From Eledone cirrhosa (Eukaryota): a stretch of 64,000 bases of DNA. A model generated the notes under the pieces. That model was given only the letters and a program-made list of their open reading frames with translations. It did not search any database and was not told where the DNA came from. Made by a program: the position numbers and the translations under genes. Of the stretch, positions 8,392-20,800 are shown piece by piece (within the stretch, counting starts at the first letter, position 1; every line of letters begins with the position of its first letter). The stretch lies in contig OZ024752.1 of NCBI GenBank assembly GCA_964016885.1, positions 18,290,001-18,354,000 of the forward strand. The letters are read 5' to 3'.

Positions 8392-10108
8392 AGTATATAT
8401 AGAGTAATAGTAAAGGGTTACTATAGTATATATAGTAAAGGGTTACTATACTATATATAATGTAATAGTAAAGGGTTACTATAGTATATATAATATAATA
8501 GTAAAGGGTTACTATAGTATATATAGAGTAATAGTAAAGTGTTTCTATATTATATATAGAGTAATAGTAAACGGTTACTATAGTATATATAATGTAATAG
8601 TAAAGGATTACTATAGTATATATAATGTAATAGTAAAGGGTTACTATAGTATATATAGAGTAATAGTAAAGGGTTACTATTTTATATATAGAGTAATGTA
8701 ATAGTAAAGGGTTACTATAGTATATATAGAGTAATGTAATAGTAAAGGGTTACTGTAGTATATATAATATAATAGTAAAGGGTTAATATAGTATATATAG
8801 AGTAATAGTAAAGGGCTACTATAGTATATATAATGTAATAGTAAAGGGTTACTATAGTATATATAATATAATAGTAAAGGGTTAATATATTATATATAGA
8901 GTAATAGTAAAGGGTTACTATAGTATATATAATGTAATAATAAAAGGGTTCCTATAGTATATATAGAGTAATAGTAAAGGGTTACTATTTTATATATAGA
9001 GTAATGTAATAGTAAAGGGTTACTATAGTATATATAGAGTAATGTAATAGTAAAGGGTTACTATAGTATATATAGAGTAATGTAATAGTAAAGGTTTACC
9101 ATATATAATGTAATAATAAAGGTTTACTATAGTATATATAATGTAATAGTAAAGGGTTACTGTAGTATATATAATGTAATAGTAAATGATTACTATAGTA
9201 TATATTGAGTAATAGTAAAGGGTTACAATAGTATATATAATGTAATAGAAAAGGGTTACTATAGTATATATAATGTAATAATAAAAGGGTTCCTATAGTG
9301 TATATAATGTAATAGTAAAGGGTTACTATAGTATATATAGAGTAATAGTAAAGGGTTACTATAGTATATATAGAGTAATAGTAAAAGGTTACTATATATA
9401 ATGTAATAGTAAAGGGTTACTATAGTATATATAATATAATAGTAAAGGGTTACTATAGTATATATAGAGTAATAGTAAAGTGTTTCTATATTATATATAG
9501 AGTAATAGTAAACGGTTACTATAGTATATATAATGTAATAGTAAAGGGTTACTATAGTATATATAGAGTAATAGTAAAGGGTTACTATAGTATATATAGT
9601 AAAGGGTTACTATAGTATATATAATGTAATAGTAAAGGGTTACTATAGTATATATATATATTGTAATAGTAAAGGGTTACTATATATATATATATATAAT
9701 GTAATAGTAAAGGATTACTATAGTATATATAATGTAATAGTAAAGGGTTACTATAGTATATATAATGTAATAGTAAAGGCTTACTATAGTATATATAGAG
9801 TAATAGTAAAGGGTTACTATAGTATATATAGAGTAATAGTAAAGCGTTACTATAGTATATATAATGCAATAGTAAAGGGTTACTATAGTATATATAATGT
9901 AATAGTAAAGGGTTACTATAGTATATATAATGTAATAGTAAAGGGTTACTATAGTATATATAGAGTAATAGTAAAGGGTTACTATAGTATATATAGAGTA
10001 ATAGTAAAGGGTTACTATAGTATATATAATGTAATAGTAAAGGGTTGATCCAAGTTACTATTTTCTCACTATTGTTTGTTGGATTTCAGATGTCAGAACT
10101 TATAGTAT

Positions 10109-10545
10109 TTCTATCTTTGTATATGTGCTTATGTGTGTGTATGTAGCTGTGTGTGTGTATGTAGCTGTGTATATGTGCTTATGTTTGTGTATGTAGCTGT
10201 GTGTGAATGTGACTGTGTGTATATGTAGCTGTGTGTATATGTAGCTGTGTGTGTATGTAGGTTGAGTTGTGTGTGTGTGTAGCTTGAGCTGTGTGTGTGT
10301 GTGTAGGTTGAGTTGTGTGTGTGTGTGTGTAGGTTGAGCTGTGTGTGTGTGTAGGTTGAGTTGTGTGTGTGTAGGTTGAATTGTGTGTGTGTGTGCAGGT
10401 TGAATTGTGTGTGTGTGTGTAGGTTGAGCTGTGTGTATGTGTGTGTGTAGGTTGAGCTGTGTGTGTGTGTGTGTGTAGGTTGAGCTGTATGTGTGTGTGT
10501 GTGTGTATGTAGGTTGAACTGTGTGTGTGTGTAATGTCGTGTGTA
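10109..10545. repeat. Compound (TG)n microsatellite punctuated by AGCT / AGGTTGAG motifs
   Basis: Variable-length (GT)n runs separated by ATGTAGCT, then by AGGTTGA(G/A)(C/T)T. Confidence 0.95.
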
Positions 10546-10647
10546 AGCGTACAAGACATTAAAGTAATCAGATCTATTTGTTACTGTATTAAATGTTAAA
10601 AGGAACTGTTTACACAGGAACTAAATATTAATTCCATTTTTCTTTAG

Positions 10648-10732
10648 ATTTGGTTATTATTTTCCGTCAGCAGCTCCGTCCAGGCAACGTGAACAGACTT
10701 ACCAAATGGCAACCCCGAAATATTTTGTTTGA
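10648..10732 (+). CDS. Terminal coding exon of the same gene: (K)FGYYFPSAAPSRQREQTYQMATPKYFV*
   Basis: Acceptor CCATTTTTCTTTAG ending at 10647. Phase fits the previous exon (AA|A = Lys). TGA at 10730-10732. Confidence 0.75.
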
Positions 10733-10878
10733 AAAATTTTAAAACAAAATAATTTTTATCGTATGGAAATGGGAGTATATTTGTATGTTTGGGTTTTATT
10801 TTATACTTGGCATGGCAGTAACGTCTTTAGAATAACCCTTTAAATGAAAATGCACAATATATTGAAACTGAAATTTAT

Positions 10879-11190
10879 TTATTCTGCAAAACAATCTCCA
10901 TTGAATGCAGTAACATCTTTACAGTGTTTATGCAAAGCATTTAACTCTTTCTGGAACCTTTCCTTTGGCGATTGTCGAAACTAGAGCAACGATTCATCTA
11001 CCACCTCTTCTAATGAAGCGAAATCAAATTTTCAAAGATGTTGCTTTAATAACTTGAACAACCAACAATCACACAAATTTAAGTTGGGACTATAGGGTGA
11101 TTGTTTCATCATTGCCACTCTTCTCTGGAAAAAGTCTTTTGTGGATTGAGCAGTTTGATGCGTGTATTATAAACTCACAAGAATGACAGC
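10879..11190 (-). pseudogene. Tc1/mariner transposase relic (C-terminal part)
   Basis: Minus strand reads ..AQSTKDFFQRRVAMMKQSPYSPNLNLCDCWLFKLLKQHL*KFDFASLEEVV..F.Q.PKERFQK/ELNAL....NGDCFAE*. This matches mariner HPPYSPDLAPCDFWLF and the terminal GDYFE motif; it contains stops and frameshifts. Confidence 0.75.
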
Positions 11191-11852
11191 AAAATAATTA
11201 TGCATAGGCCTGTGATAAGCATTCATACAGAATATCACACATGTACAACAAAGTTCAAATTCTAACTAATATTATTACATTTACTGCTATATATGACACA
11301 CAGCCTACTATTGTAAAGACTTTATTGCCACGCCAAGTATTTTAAAATGGATTAGGGTTGTTTATTTTTCCAGAAATATTGTATTCTATTTTTTCTTTTA
11401 TTTGGCAAACATTTCAGTTCTGTTAACATTTTGTCTTTAGCATTTATTATTATTATTTTATTATTTTGGCTCTACTCACATATTCTCTTTAATTTTGTGG
11501 AGGAACTTTTGATACACACTTTTAATGCTAGTGTGTCTACTCCTTATCTTATAACTGGTATCAGAAATATATATTGTTGAAAAATAGATCCCAATAATTG
11601 ACCCTAAAGGCATAAGTTGAGAATCATATTTATTTTTATCATATTTATAATGTTATGTGTTACATCAGAACATTTATATGTATACAATTGTTTGAATAAG
11701 GGTGTTTAGATTAATTTCTTTGTATTATAAAAAAAGGGGACAAGTTCATGTTTTCTGCCCCAGCAGTGATAAACATAAGTGTTTAACATTTTTTGATATC
11801 GGGAAATATTTCCTCTAAAAAGAAGAAAACCTGCTAAAGACTATCATTGTGT

Positions 11853-11858
11853 AATAAA
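11853..11858 (+). promoter_or_regulatory. Candidate polyadenylation signal AATAAA
   Basis: AATAAA ~1.1 kb after the stop codon, followed ~20 nt later by GU-rich TTGTTGTTGCTGG..GTTGTGG. Confidence 0.5.
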
Positions 11859-11887
11859 GTTGAAATGTGCATTAATTGTTGTTGCTG

Positions 11888-14800
11888 GATAGTTGTGGTT
11901 AGCTGTATCACAACATATAGTAAAGATAGCTGTGGTTAGCTGTATCACAACATACAGTAAAGATAGCTGTGGTTAGCTGTATCACAACATACAGTAAAGA
12001 TAGCTGTGGTTAGCTGTATCACAACATACAGTAAAGATAGCCATAGTTAGCTGTATCACAACATATAGCAAAGATAGCCATAGTTAGCTGTATCACAACA
12101 TATAGCAAAGATAGCCATAGTTAGCTGTATCACAACATATAGCAAAGATAGCTGTGGTTAGCTGTATCACAACATATAACAAAGATAGCCATAGTTAGCT
12201 GTATCACAACATATATCAAAGATAGCTGTGGTTAGCTGTATCACAACATATAGCAAAGATAGCTGTGGTTAGCTGTATCACAACATATAACAAAGATAGC
12301 TGTGGTTAGCTGTATTACAACATATAACAAAGATAGCTGTGGTTAGCTGTATCACAACATATAACAAAGATAGCCATAGTTAGCTGTATCACAACATATA
12401 GCAAAGATAGCTGTGGTTAGCTGTATCACAACATATAACAAAGATAGCCATAGTTAGCTGTATCACAACATATAACAAAGATAGCTGTGGTTAGCTGTAT
12501 CACAACATATAACAAAGATAGCTGTGGTTAGCTGTATCACAACATATAACAAAGATAGCCATAGTTAGCTGTATCACAACATATAACAAAGATAGCCATA
12601 GTTAGCTGTATCACAACATATAGCAAAGTTAGCTGTGGTTAGCTGTATCACAACATATAGCAAAGATAGCCATAGTTAGCTGTATCACAACATATAACAA
12701 AGATAGCCATAGTTAGCTGTATCACAACATATAGCAAAGATAGCTGTGGTTAGCTGTATCACAACATATAACAAAGATAGCCATAGTTAGCTGTATCACA
12801 ACATATATCAAAGATAGCTGTGGTTAGCTGTATCACAACATATAGCAAAGATAGCTGTGGTTAGCTGTATCACAACATATAACAAAGATAGCTGTGGTTA
12901 GCTGTATCACAACATATAACAAAGATAGCTGTGGTTAGCTGTATCACAACATATAACAAAGATAGCCATAGTTAGCTGTATCACAACATATAGCAAAGAT
13001 AGCTGTGGTTAGCTGTATCACAACATATAACAAAGATAGCCATAGTTAGCTGTATCACAACATATAACAAAGATAGCTGTGGTTAGCTGTATCACAACAT
13101 ATAACAAAGATAGCTGTGGTTAGCTGTATCACAACATATAACAAAGATAGCCATAGTTAGCTGTATCACAACATATAACAAAGATAGCCATAGTTAGCTG
13201 TATCACAACATATAGCAAAGTTAGCTGTGGTTAGCTGTATCACAACATATAGCAAAGATAGCCATAGTTAGCTGTATCACAACATATAACAAAGATAGCC
13301 ATAGTTAGCTGTATCACAACATATAGCAAAGATAGCTGTGGTTAGCTGTATCACAACATATAGCAAAGATAGCCATAGTTAGCTGTATCACAACATATAA
13401 CAAAGATAGCCATAGTTAGCTGTATCACAACATATAAAAAAGATAGCTGTGGTTAGCTGTATCACAACATATAGCAAAGATAGCCATAGTTAGCTGTATC
13501 ACAACATATAACAAAGATAGCCATAGTTAGCTGTATCACAACATATAGCAAAGATAGCTGTGGTTAGCTGTATCACAACATATAACAAAGATAGCCATAG
13601 TTAGCTGTATCACAACATATATCAAAGATTGCTGTGGTTAGCTGTATCACAACATATAGCAAAGATAGCTGTGGTTAGCTGTATCACAACATATAACAAA
13701 GATAGCTGTGGTTAGCTGTATCACAACATATAACAAAGATAGCTGTGGTTAGCTGTATCACAACATATAACAAAGATAGCCATAGTTAGCTGTATCACAA
13801 CATATAGCAAAGATAGCTGTGGTTAGCTGTATCACAACATATAACAAAGATAGCCATAGTTAGCTGTATCACAACATATAACAAAGATAGCTGTGGTTAG
13901 CTGTATCACAACATATAACAAAGATAGCTGTGGTTAGCTGTATCACAACATATAACAAAGATAGCCATAGTTAGCTGTATCACAACATATAACAAAGATA
14001 GCTGTGGTTAGCTGTATCACAACATATAACAAAGATAGCCATAGTTAGCTGTATCACAACATATAGCAAAGATAGCTGTGGTTAGCTGTATCACAACATA
14101 TAACAAAGATAGCCATAGTTAGCTGTATCACAACATATAACAAAGATAGCTGTGGTTAGCTGTATCACAACATATAACAAAGATAGCTGTGGTTAGCTGT
14201 ATCACAACATATAACAAAGATAGCCATAGTTAGCTGTATCACAACATATAACAAAGATAGCCATAGTTAGCTGTATCACAACATATAGCAAAGATAGCTG
14301 TGGTTAGCTGTATCACAACATATAACAAAGATAGCCATAGTTAGCTGTATCACAACATATAACAAAGATAGCTGTGGTTAGCTGTATCACAACATATAAC
14401 AAAGATAGCTGTGGTTAGCTGTATCACAACATATAACAAAGATAGCCATAGTTAGCTGTATCACAACATATAACAAAGATAGCCATAGTTAGCTGTATCA
14501 CAACATATAGCAAAGTTAGCTGTGGTTAGCTGTATCACAACATATAGCAAAGATAGCCATAGTTAGCTGTATCACAACATATAACAAAGATAGCCATAGT
14601 TAGCTGTATCACAACATATAGCAAAGATAGCTGTGGTTAGCTGTATCACAACATATAACAAAGATAGCCATAGTTAGCTGTATCACAACATATATCAAAG
14701 ATAGCTGTGGTTAGCTGTATCACAACATATAGCAAAGATAGCTGTGGTTAGCTGTATCACAACATATAACAAAGATAGCTGTGGTTAGCTGTATCACAAC

Positions 14801-17800
14801 ATATAACAAAGATAGCTGTGGTTAGCTGTATCACAACATATAACAAAGATAGCCATAGTTAGCTGTATCACAACATATAGCAAAGATAGCTGTGGTTAGC
14901 TGTATCACAACATATAACAAAGATAGCCATAGTTAGCTGTATCACAACATATAACAAAGATAGCTGTGGTTAGCTGTATCACAACATATAACAAAGATAG
15001 CTGTGGTTAGCTGTATCACAACATATAACAAAGATAGCCATAGTTAGCTGTATCACAACATATAACAAAGATAGCCATAGTTAGCTGTATCACAACATAT
15101 AGCAAAGTTAGCTGTGGTTAGCTGTATCACAACATATAGCAAAGATAGCCATAGTTAGCTGTATCACAACATATAACAAAGATAGCCATAGTTAGCTGTA
15201 TCACAACATATAGCAAAGATAGCTGTGGTTAGCTGTATCACAACATATAGCAAAGATAGCCATAGTTAGCTGTATCACAACATATAACAAAGATAGCCAT
15301 AGTTAGCTGTATCACAACATATAACAAAGATAGCTGTGGTTAGCTGTATCACAACATATAGCAAAGATAGCCATAGTTAGCTGTATCACAACATATAACA
15401 AAGATAGCCATAGTTAGCTGTATCACAACATATAGCAAAGATAGCTGTGGTTAGCTGTATCACAACATATAACAAAGATAGCCATAGTTAGCTGTATCAC
15501 AACATATATCAAAGATTGCTGTGGTTAGCTGTATCACAACATATAGCAAAGATAGCTGTGGTTAGCTGTATCACAACATATAACAAAGATAGCTGTGGTT
15601 AGCTGTATCACAACATATAACAAAGATAGCTGTGGTTAGCTGTATCACAACATATAACAAAGATAGCCATAGTTAGCTGTATCACAACATATAGCAAAGA
15701 TAGCTGTGGTTAGCTGTATCACAACATATAACAAAGATAGCCATAGTTAGCTGTATCACAACATATAACAAAGATAGCTGTGGTTAGCTGTATCACAACA
15801 TATAACAAAGATAGCTGTGGTTAGCTGTATCACAACATATAACAAAGATAGCCATAGTTAGCTGTATCACAACATATAACAAAGATAGCTGTGGTTAGCT
15901 GTATCACAACATATAACAAAGATAGCCATAGTTAGCTGTATCACAACATATAGCAAAGATAGCTGTGGTTAGCTGTATCACAACATATAACAAAGATAGC
16001 CATAGTTAGCTGTATCACAACATATAACAAAGATAGCTGTGGTTAGCTGTATCACAACATATAACAAAGATAGCTGTGGTTAGCTGTATCACAACATATA
16101 ACAAAGATAGCCATAGTTAGCTGTATCACAACATATAACAAAGATAGCCATAGTTAGCTGTATCACAACATATAGCAAAGATAGCTGTGGTTAGCTGTAT
16201 CACAACATATAACAAAGATAGCCATAGTTAGCTGTATCACAACATATAACAAAGATAGCTGTGGTTAGCTGTATCACAACATATAACAAAGATAGCTGTG
16301 GTTAGCTGTATCACAACATACAACAAAGATAGCCATAGTTAGCTGTATCACAACATATAACAAAGATAGCCATAGTTAGCTGTATCACAACATATAGCAA
16401 AGTTAGCTGTGGTTAGCTGTATCACAACATATAGCAAAGATAGCCATAGTTAGCTGTATCACAACATATAACAAAGATAGCCATAGTTAGCTGTATCACA
16501 ACATATAGCAAAGATAGCTGTGGTTAGCTGTATCACAACATATAACAAAGATAGCCATAGTTAGCTGTATCACAACATATATCAAAGATAGCTGTGGTTA
16601 GCTGTATCACAACATATAGCAAAGATAGCTGTGGTTAGCTGTATCACAACATATAACAAAGATAGCTGTGGTTAGCTGTATCACAACATATAACAAAGAT
16701 AGCTGTGGTTAGCTGTATCACAACATATAACAAAGATAGCCATAGTTAGCTGTATCACAACATATAGCAAAGATAGCTGTGGTTAGCTGTATCACAACAT
16801 ATAACAAAGATAGCCATAGTTAGCTGTATCACAACATATAACAAAGATAGCTGTGGTTAGCTGTATCACAACATATAACAAAGATAGCTGTGGTTAGCTG
16901 TATCACAACATATAACAAAGATAGCCATAGTTAGCTGTATCACAACATATAACAAAGATAGCTGTGGTTAGCTGTATCACAACATATAGCAAAGATAGCC
17001 ATAGTTAGCTGTATCACAACATATAACAAAGATAGCCATAGTTAGCTGTATCACAACATATAACAAAGATAGCTGTGGTTAGCTGTATCACAACATATAG
17101 CAAAGATAGCCATAGTTAGCTGTATCACAACATATAACAAAGATAGCTGTGGTTAGCTGTATCACAACATATAGCAAAGATAGCCATAGTTAGCTGTATC
17201 ACAACATATAACAAAGATAGCTGTGGTTAGCTGTATCACAACATATAACAAAGATAGCCATAGTTAGCTGTATCACAACATATAACAAAGATAGCTATAG
17301 TTAGCTGTATCACAACATATAGCAAAGATAGCTGTGGTTAGCTGTATCACAACATATAGCAAGGATAGCCATAGTTAGCTGTATCACAACATATAACAAA
17401 GATAGCCATAGTTAGCTGTATCACAACATATAACAAAGATAGCCATAGTTATCTGTATCACAACATATAGCAAGGATAGCCATAGTTAGCTGTATCACAA
17501 CATATAACAAAGATAACTGTGGTTAGCTGTATCACAACATATAACAAAGATAGCTGTGGTTAGCTGTATCACAACACATAACAAAGATAGCTGTGGTTAG
17601 CTGTATCACAACATATAGCAAAGATAGCCGTAGTTAGCTGTATCACAACATATAACAAAGATAGCTGTGGTTAGCTGTATCACAACATATAACAAAGATA
17701 GCCATAGTTAGCTGTATCACAACATATAGCAGAGATAGCTGTGGTTAGCTGTATCACAACATATAACAAAGATAGCTGTGGTTAGCTGTATCACAACATA

Positions 17801-20800
17801 TAACAAAGATAGCTGTGGTTAGCTGTATCACAACATATAGCAAAGATAGCCGTAGTTAGCTGTATCACAACATATAACAAAGATAGCTATGGTTAGCTGT
17901 ATCGCAACATATAGCAAAGATAGCCATAGTTAGCTGTATCACAACATATAACAAAGATAGCTGTGGTTAGCTGTATCACAACATATAACAAAGATAGCTG
18001 TGGTTAGCTGTATCACAACATATAGCAAAGATAGCTGTGGTTAGCTGTATCACAACATATAACAAAGATAGCCATAGTTAGCTGTATCACAACATATATC
18101 AAAGATAGCTGTGGTTAGCTGTATCACAACATATAGCAAAGATAGCTGTGGTTAGCTGTATCACAACATATAACAAAGATAGCTGTGGTTAGCTGTATCA
18201 CAACATATAACAAAGATAGCTGTGGTTAGCTGTATCACAACATATAACAAAGATAGCCATAGTTAGCTGTATCACAACATATAGCAAAGATAGCTGTGGT
18301 TAGCTGTATCACAACATATAACAAAGATAGCCATAGTTAGCTGTATCACAACATATAACAAAGATAGCTGTGGTTAGCTGTATCACAACATATAACAAAG
18401 ATAGCTGTGGTTAGCTGTATCACAACATATAACAAAGATAGCCATAGTTAGCTGTATCACAACATATAACAAAGATAGCCATAGTTAGCTGTATCACAAC
18501 ATATAGCAAAGTTAGCTGTGGTTAGCTGTATCACAACATATAGCAAAGATAGCCATAGTTAGCTGTATCACAACATATAACAAAGATAGCCATAGTTAGC
18601 TGTATCACAACATATAGCAAAGATAGCTGTGGTTAGCTGTATCACAACATATAGCAAAGATAGCCATAGTTAGCTGTATCACAACATATAACAAAGATAG
18701 CCATAGTTAGCTGTATCACAACATATAACAAAGATAGCTGTGGTTAGCTGTATCACAACATATAGCAAAGATAGCCATAGTTAGCTGTATCACAACATAT
18801 AACAAAGATAGCCATAGTTAGCTGTATCACAACATATAACAAAGATAGCTGTGGTTAGCTGTATCACAACATATAGCAAAGATAGCCATAGTTAGCTGTA
18901 TCACAACATATAACAAAGATAGCCATAGTTAGCTGTATCACAACATATAGCAAAGATAGCTGTGGTTAGCTGTATCACAACATATAACAAAGATAGCCAT
19001 AGTTAGCTGTATCACAACATATATCAAAGATTGCTGTGGTTAGCTGTATCACAACATATAGCAAAGATAGCTGTGGTTAGCTGTATCACAACATATAACA
19101 AAGATAGCTGTGGTTAGCTGTATCACAACATATAACAAAGATAGCTGTGGTTAGCTGTATCACAACATATAACAAAGATAGCCATAGTTAGCTGTATCAC
19201 AACATATAGCAAAGATAGCTGTGGTTAGCTGTATCACAACATATAACAAAGATAGCCATAGTTAGCTGTATCACAACATATAACAAAGATAGCTGTGGTT
19301 AGCTGTATCACAACATATAACAAAGATAGCTGTGGTTAGCTGTATCACAACATATAACAAAGATAGCCATAGTTAGCTGTATCACAACATATAACAAAGA
19401 TAGCTGTGGTTAGCTGTATCACAACATATAACAAAGATAGCCATAGTTAGCTGTATCACAACATATAGCAAAGATAGCTGTGGTTAGCTGTATCACAACA
19501 TATAACAAAGATAGCCATAGTTAGCTGTATCACAACATATAACAAAGATAGCTGTGGTTAGCTGTATCACAACATATAACAAAGATAGCTGTGGTTAGCT
19601 GTATCACAACATATAACAAAGATAGCCATAGTTAGCTGTATCACAACATATAACAAAGATAGCCATAGTTAGCTGTATCACAACATATAGCAAAGATAGC
19701 TGTGGTTAGCTGTATCACAACATATAACAAAGATAGCCATAGTTAGCTGTATCACAACATATAACAAAGATAGCTGTGGTTAGCTGTATCACAACATATA
19801 ACAAAGATAGCTGTGGTTAGCTGTATCACAACATATAACAAAGATAGCCATAGTTAGCTGTATCACAACATATAACAAAGATAGCCATAGTTAGCTGTAT
19901 CACAACATATAGCAAAGTTAGCTGTGGTTAGCTGTATCACAACATATAGCAAAGATAGCCATAGTTAGCTGTATCACAACATATAACAAAGATAGCCATA
20001 GTTAGCTGTATCACAACATATAGCAAAGATAGCTGTGGTTAGCTGTATCACAACATATAACAAAGATAGCCATAGTTAGCTGTATCACAACATATATCAA
20101 AGATAGCTGTGGTTAGCTGTATCACAACATATAGCAAAGATAGCTGTGGTTAGCTGTATCACAACATATAACAAAGATAGCTGTGGTTAGCTGTATCACA
20201 ACATATAACAAAGATAGCTGTGGTTAGCTGTATCACAACATATAACAAAGATAGCCATAGTTAGCTGTATCACAACATATAGCAAAGATAGCTGTGGTTA
20301 GCTGTATCACAACATATAACAAAGATAGCCATAGTTAGCTGTATCACAACATATAACAAAGATAGCTGTGGTTAGCTGTATCACAACATATAACAAAGAT
20401 AGCTGTGGTTAGCTGTATCACAACATATAACAAAGATAGCCATAGTTAGCTGTATCACAACATATAACAAAGATAGCTGTGGTTAGCTGTATCACAACAT
20501 ATAGCAAAGATAGCCATAGTTAGCTGTATCACAACATATAACAAAGATAGCCATAGTTAGCTGTATCACAACATATAACAAAGATAGCTGTGGTTAGCTG
20601 TATCACAACATATAGCAAAGATAGCCATAGTTAGCTGTATCACAACATATAACAAAGATAGCTGTGGTTAGCTGTATCACAACATATAACAAAGATAGCC
20701 ATAGTTAGCTGTATCACAACATATAACAAAGATAGCTATAGTTAGCTGTATCACAACATATAGCAAAGATAGCTGTGGTTAGCTGTATCACAACATATAG

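Larger units (their letters stand above)
4128..10046. repeat. AT-rich 33/38/39-bp minisatellite, interrupted by two SINEs and two RTE insertions
   Basis: Units AATAGTAAAGGGTTACTATAGTATATAT(AGAGT|AATGT) (33 bp) and AATAATAAAGGGTTACAATAGTATATATAGAGTAATGTA (39 bp). Blocks at 4128-4332, 4519-4895, 5065-5126, 5313-6427 and 8392-10046. Confidence 0.95.

Noticed and set aside
4128-10046. Telomeric repeat (AGGGTTA resembles TTAGGG)
   Set aside because: Only one partial motif per 33-39-bp unit; better explained by the MITE terminal repeat.
10129-10559. His/Thr-rich ORFs
   Set aside because: Translation of the (CA)n microsatellite.
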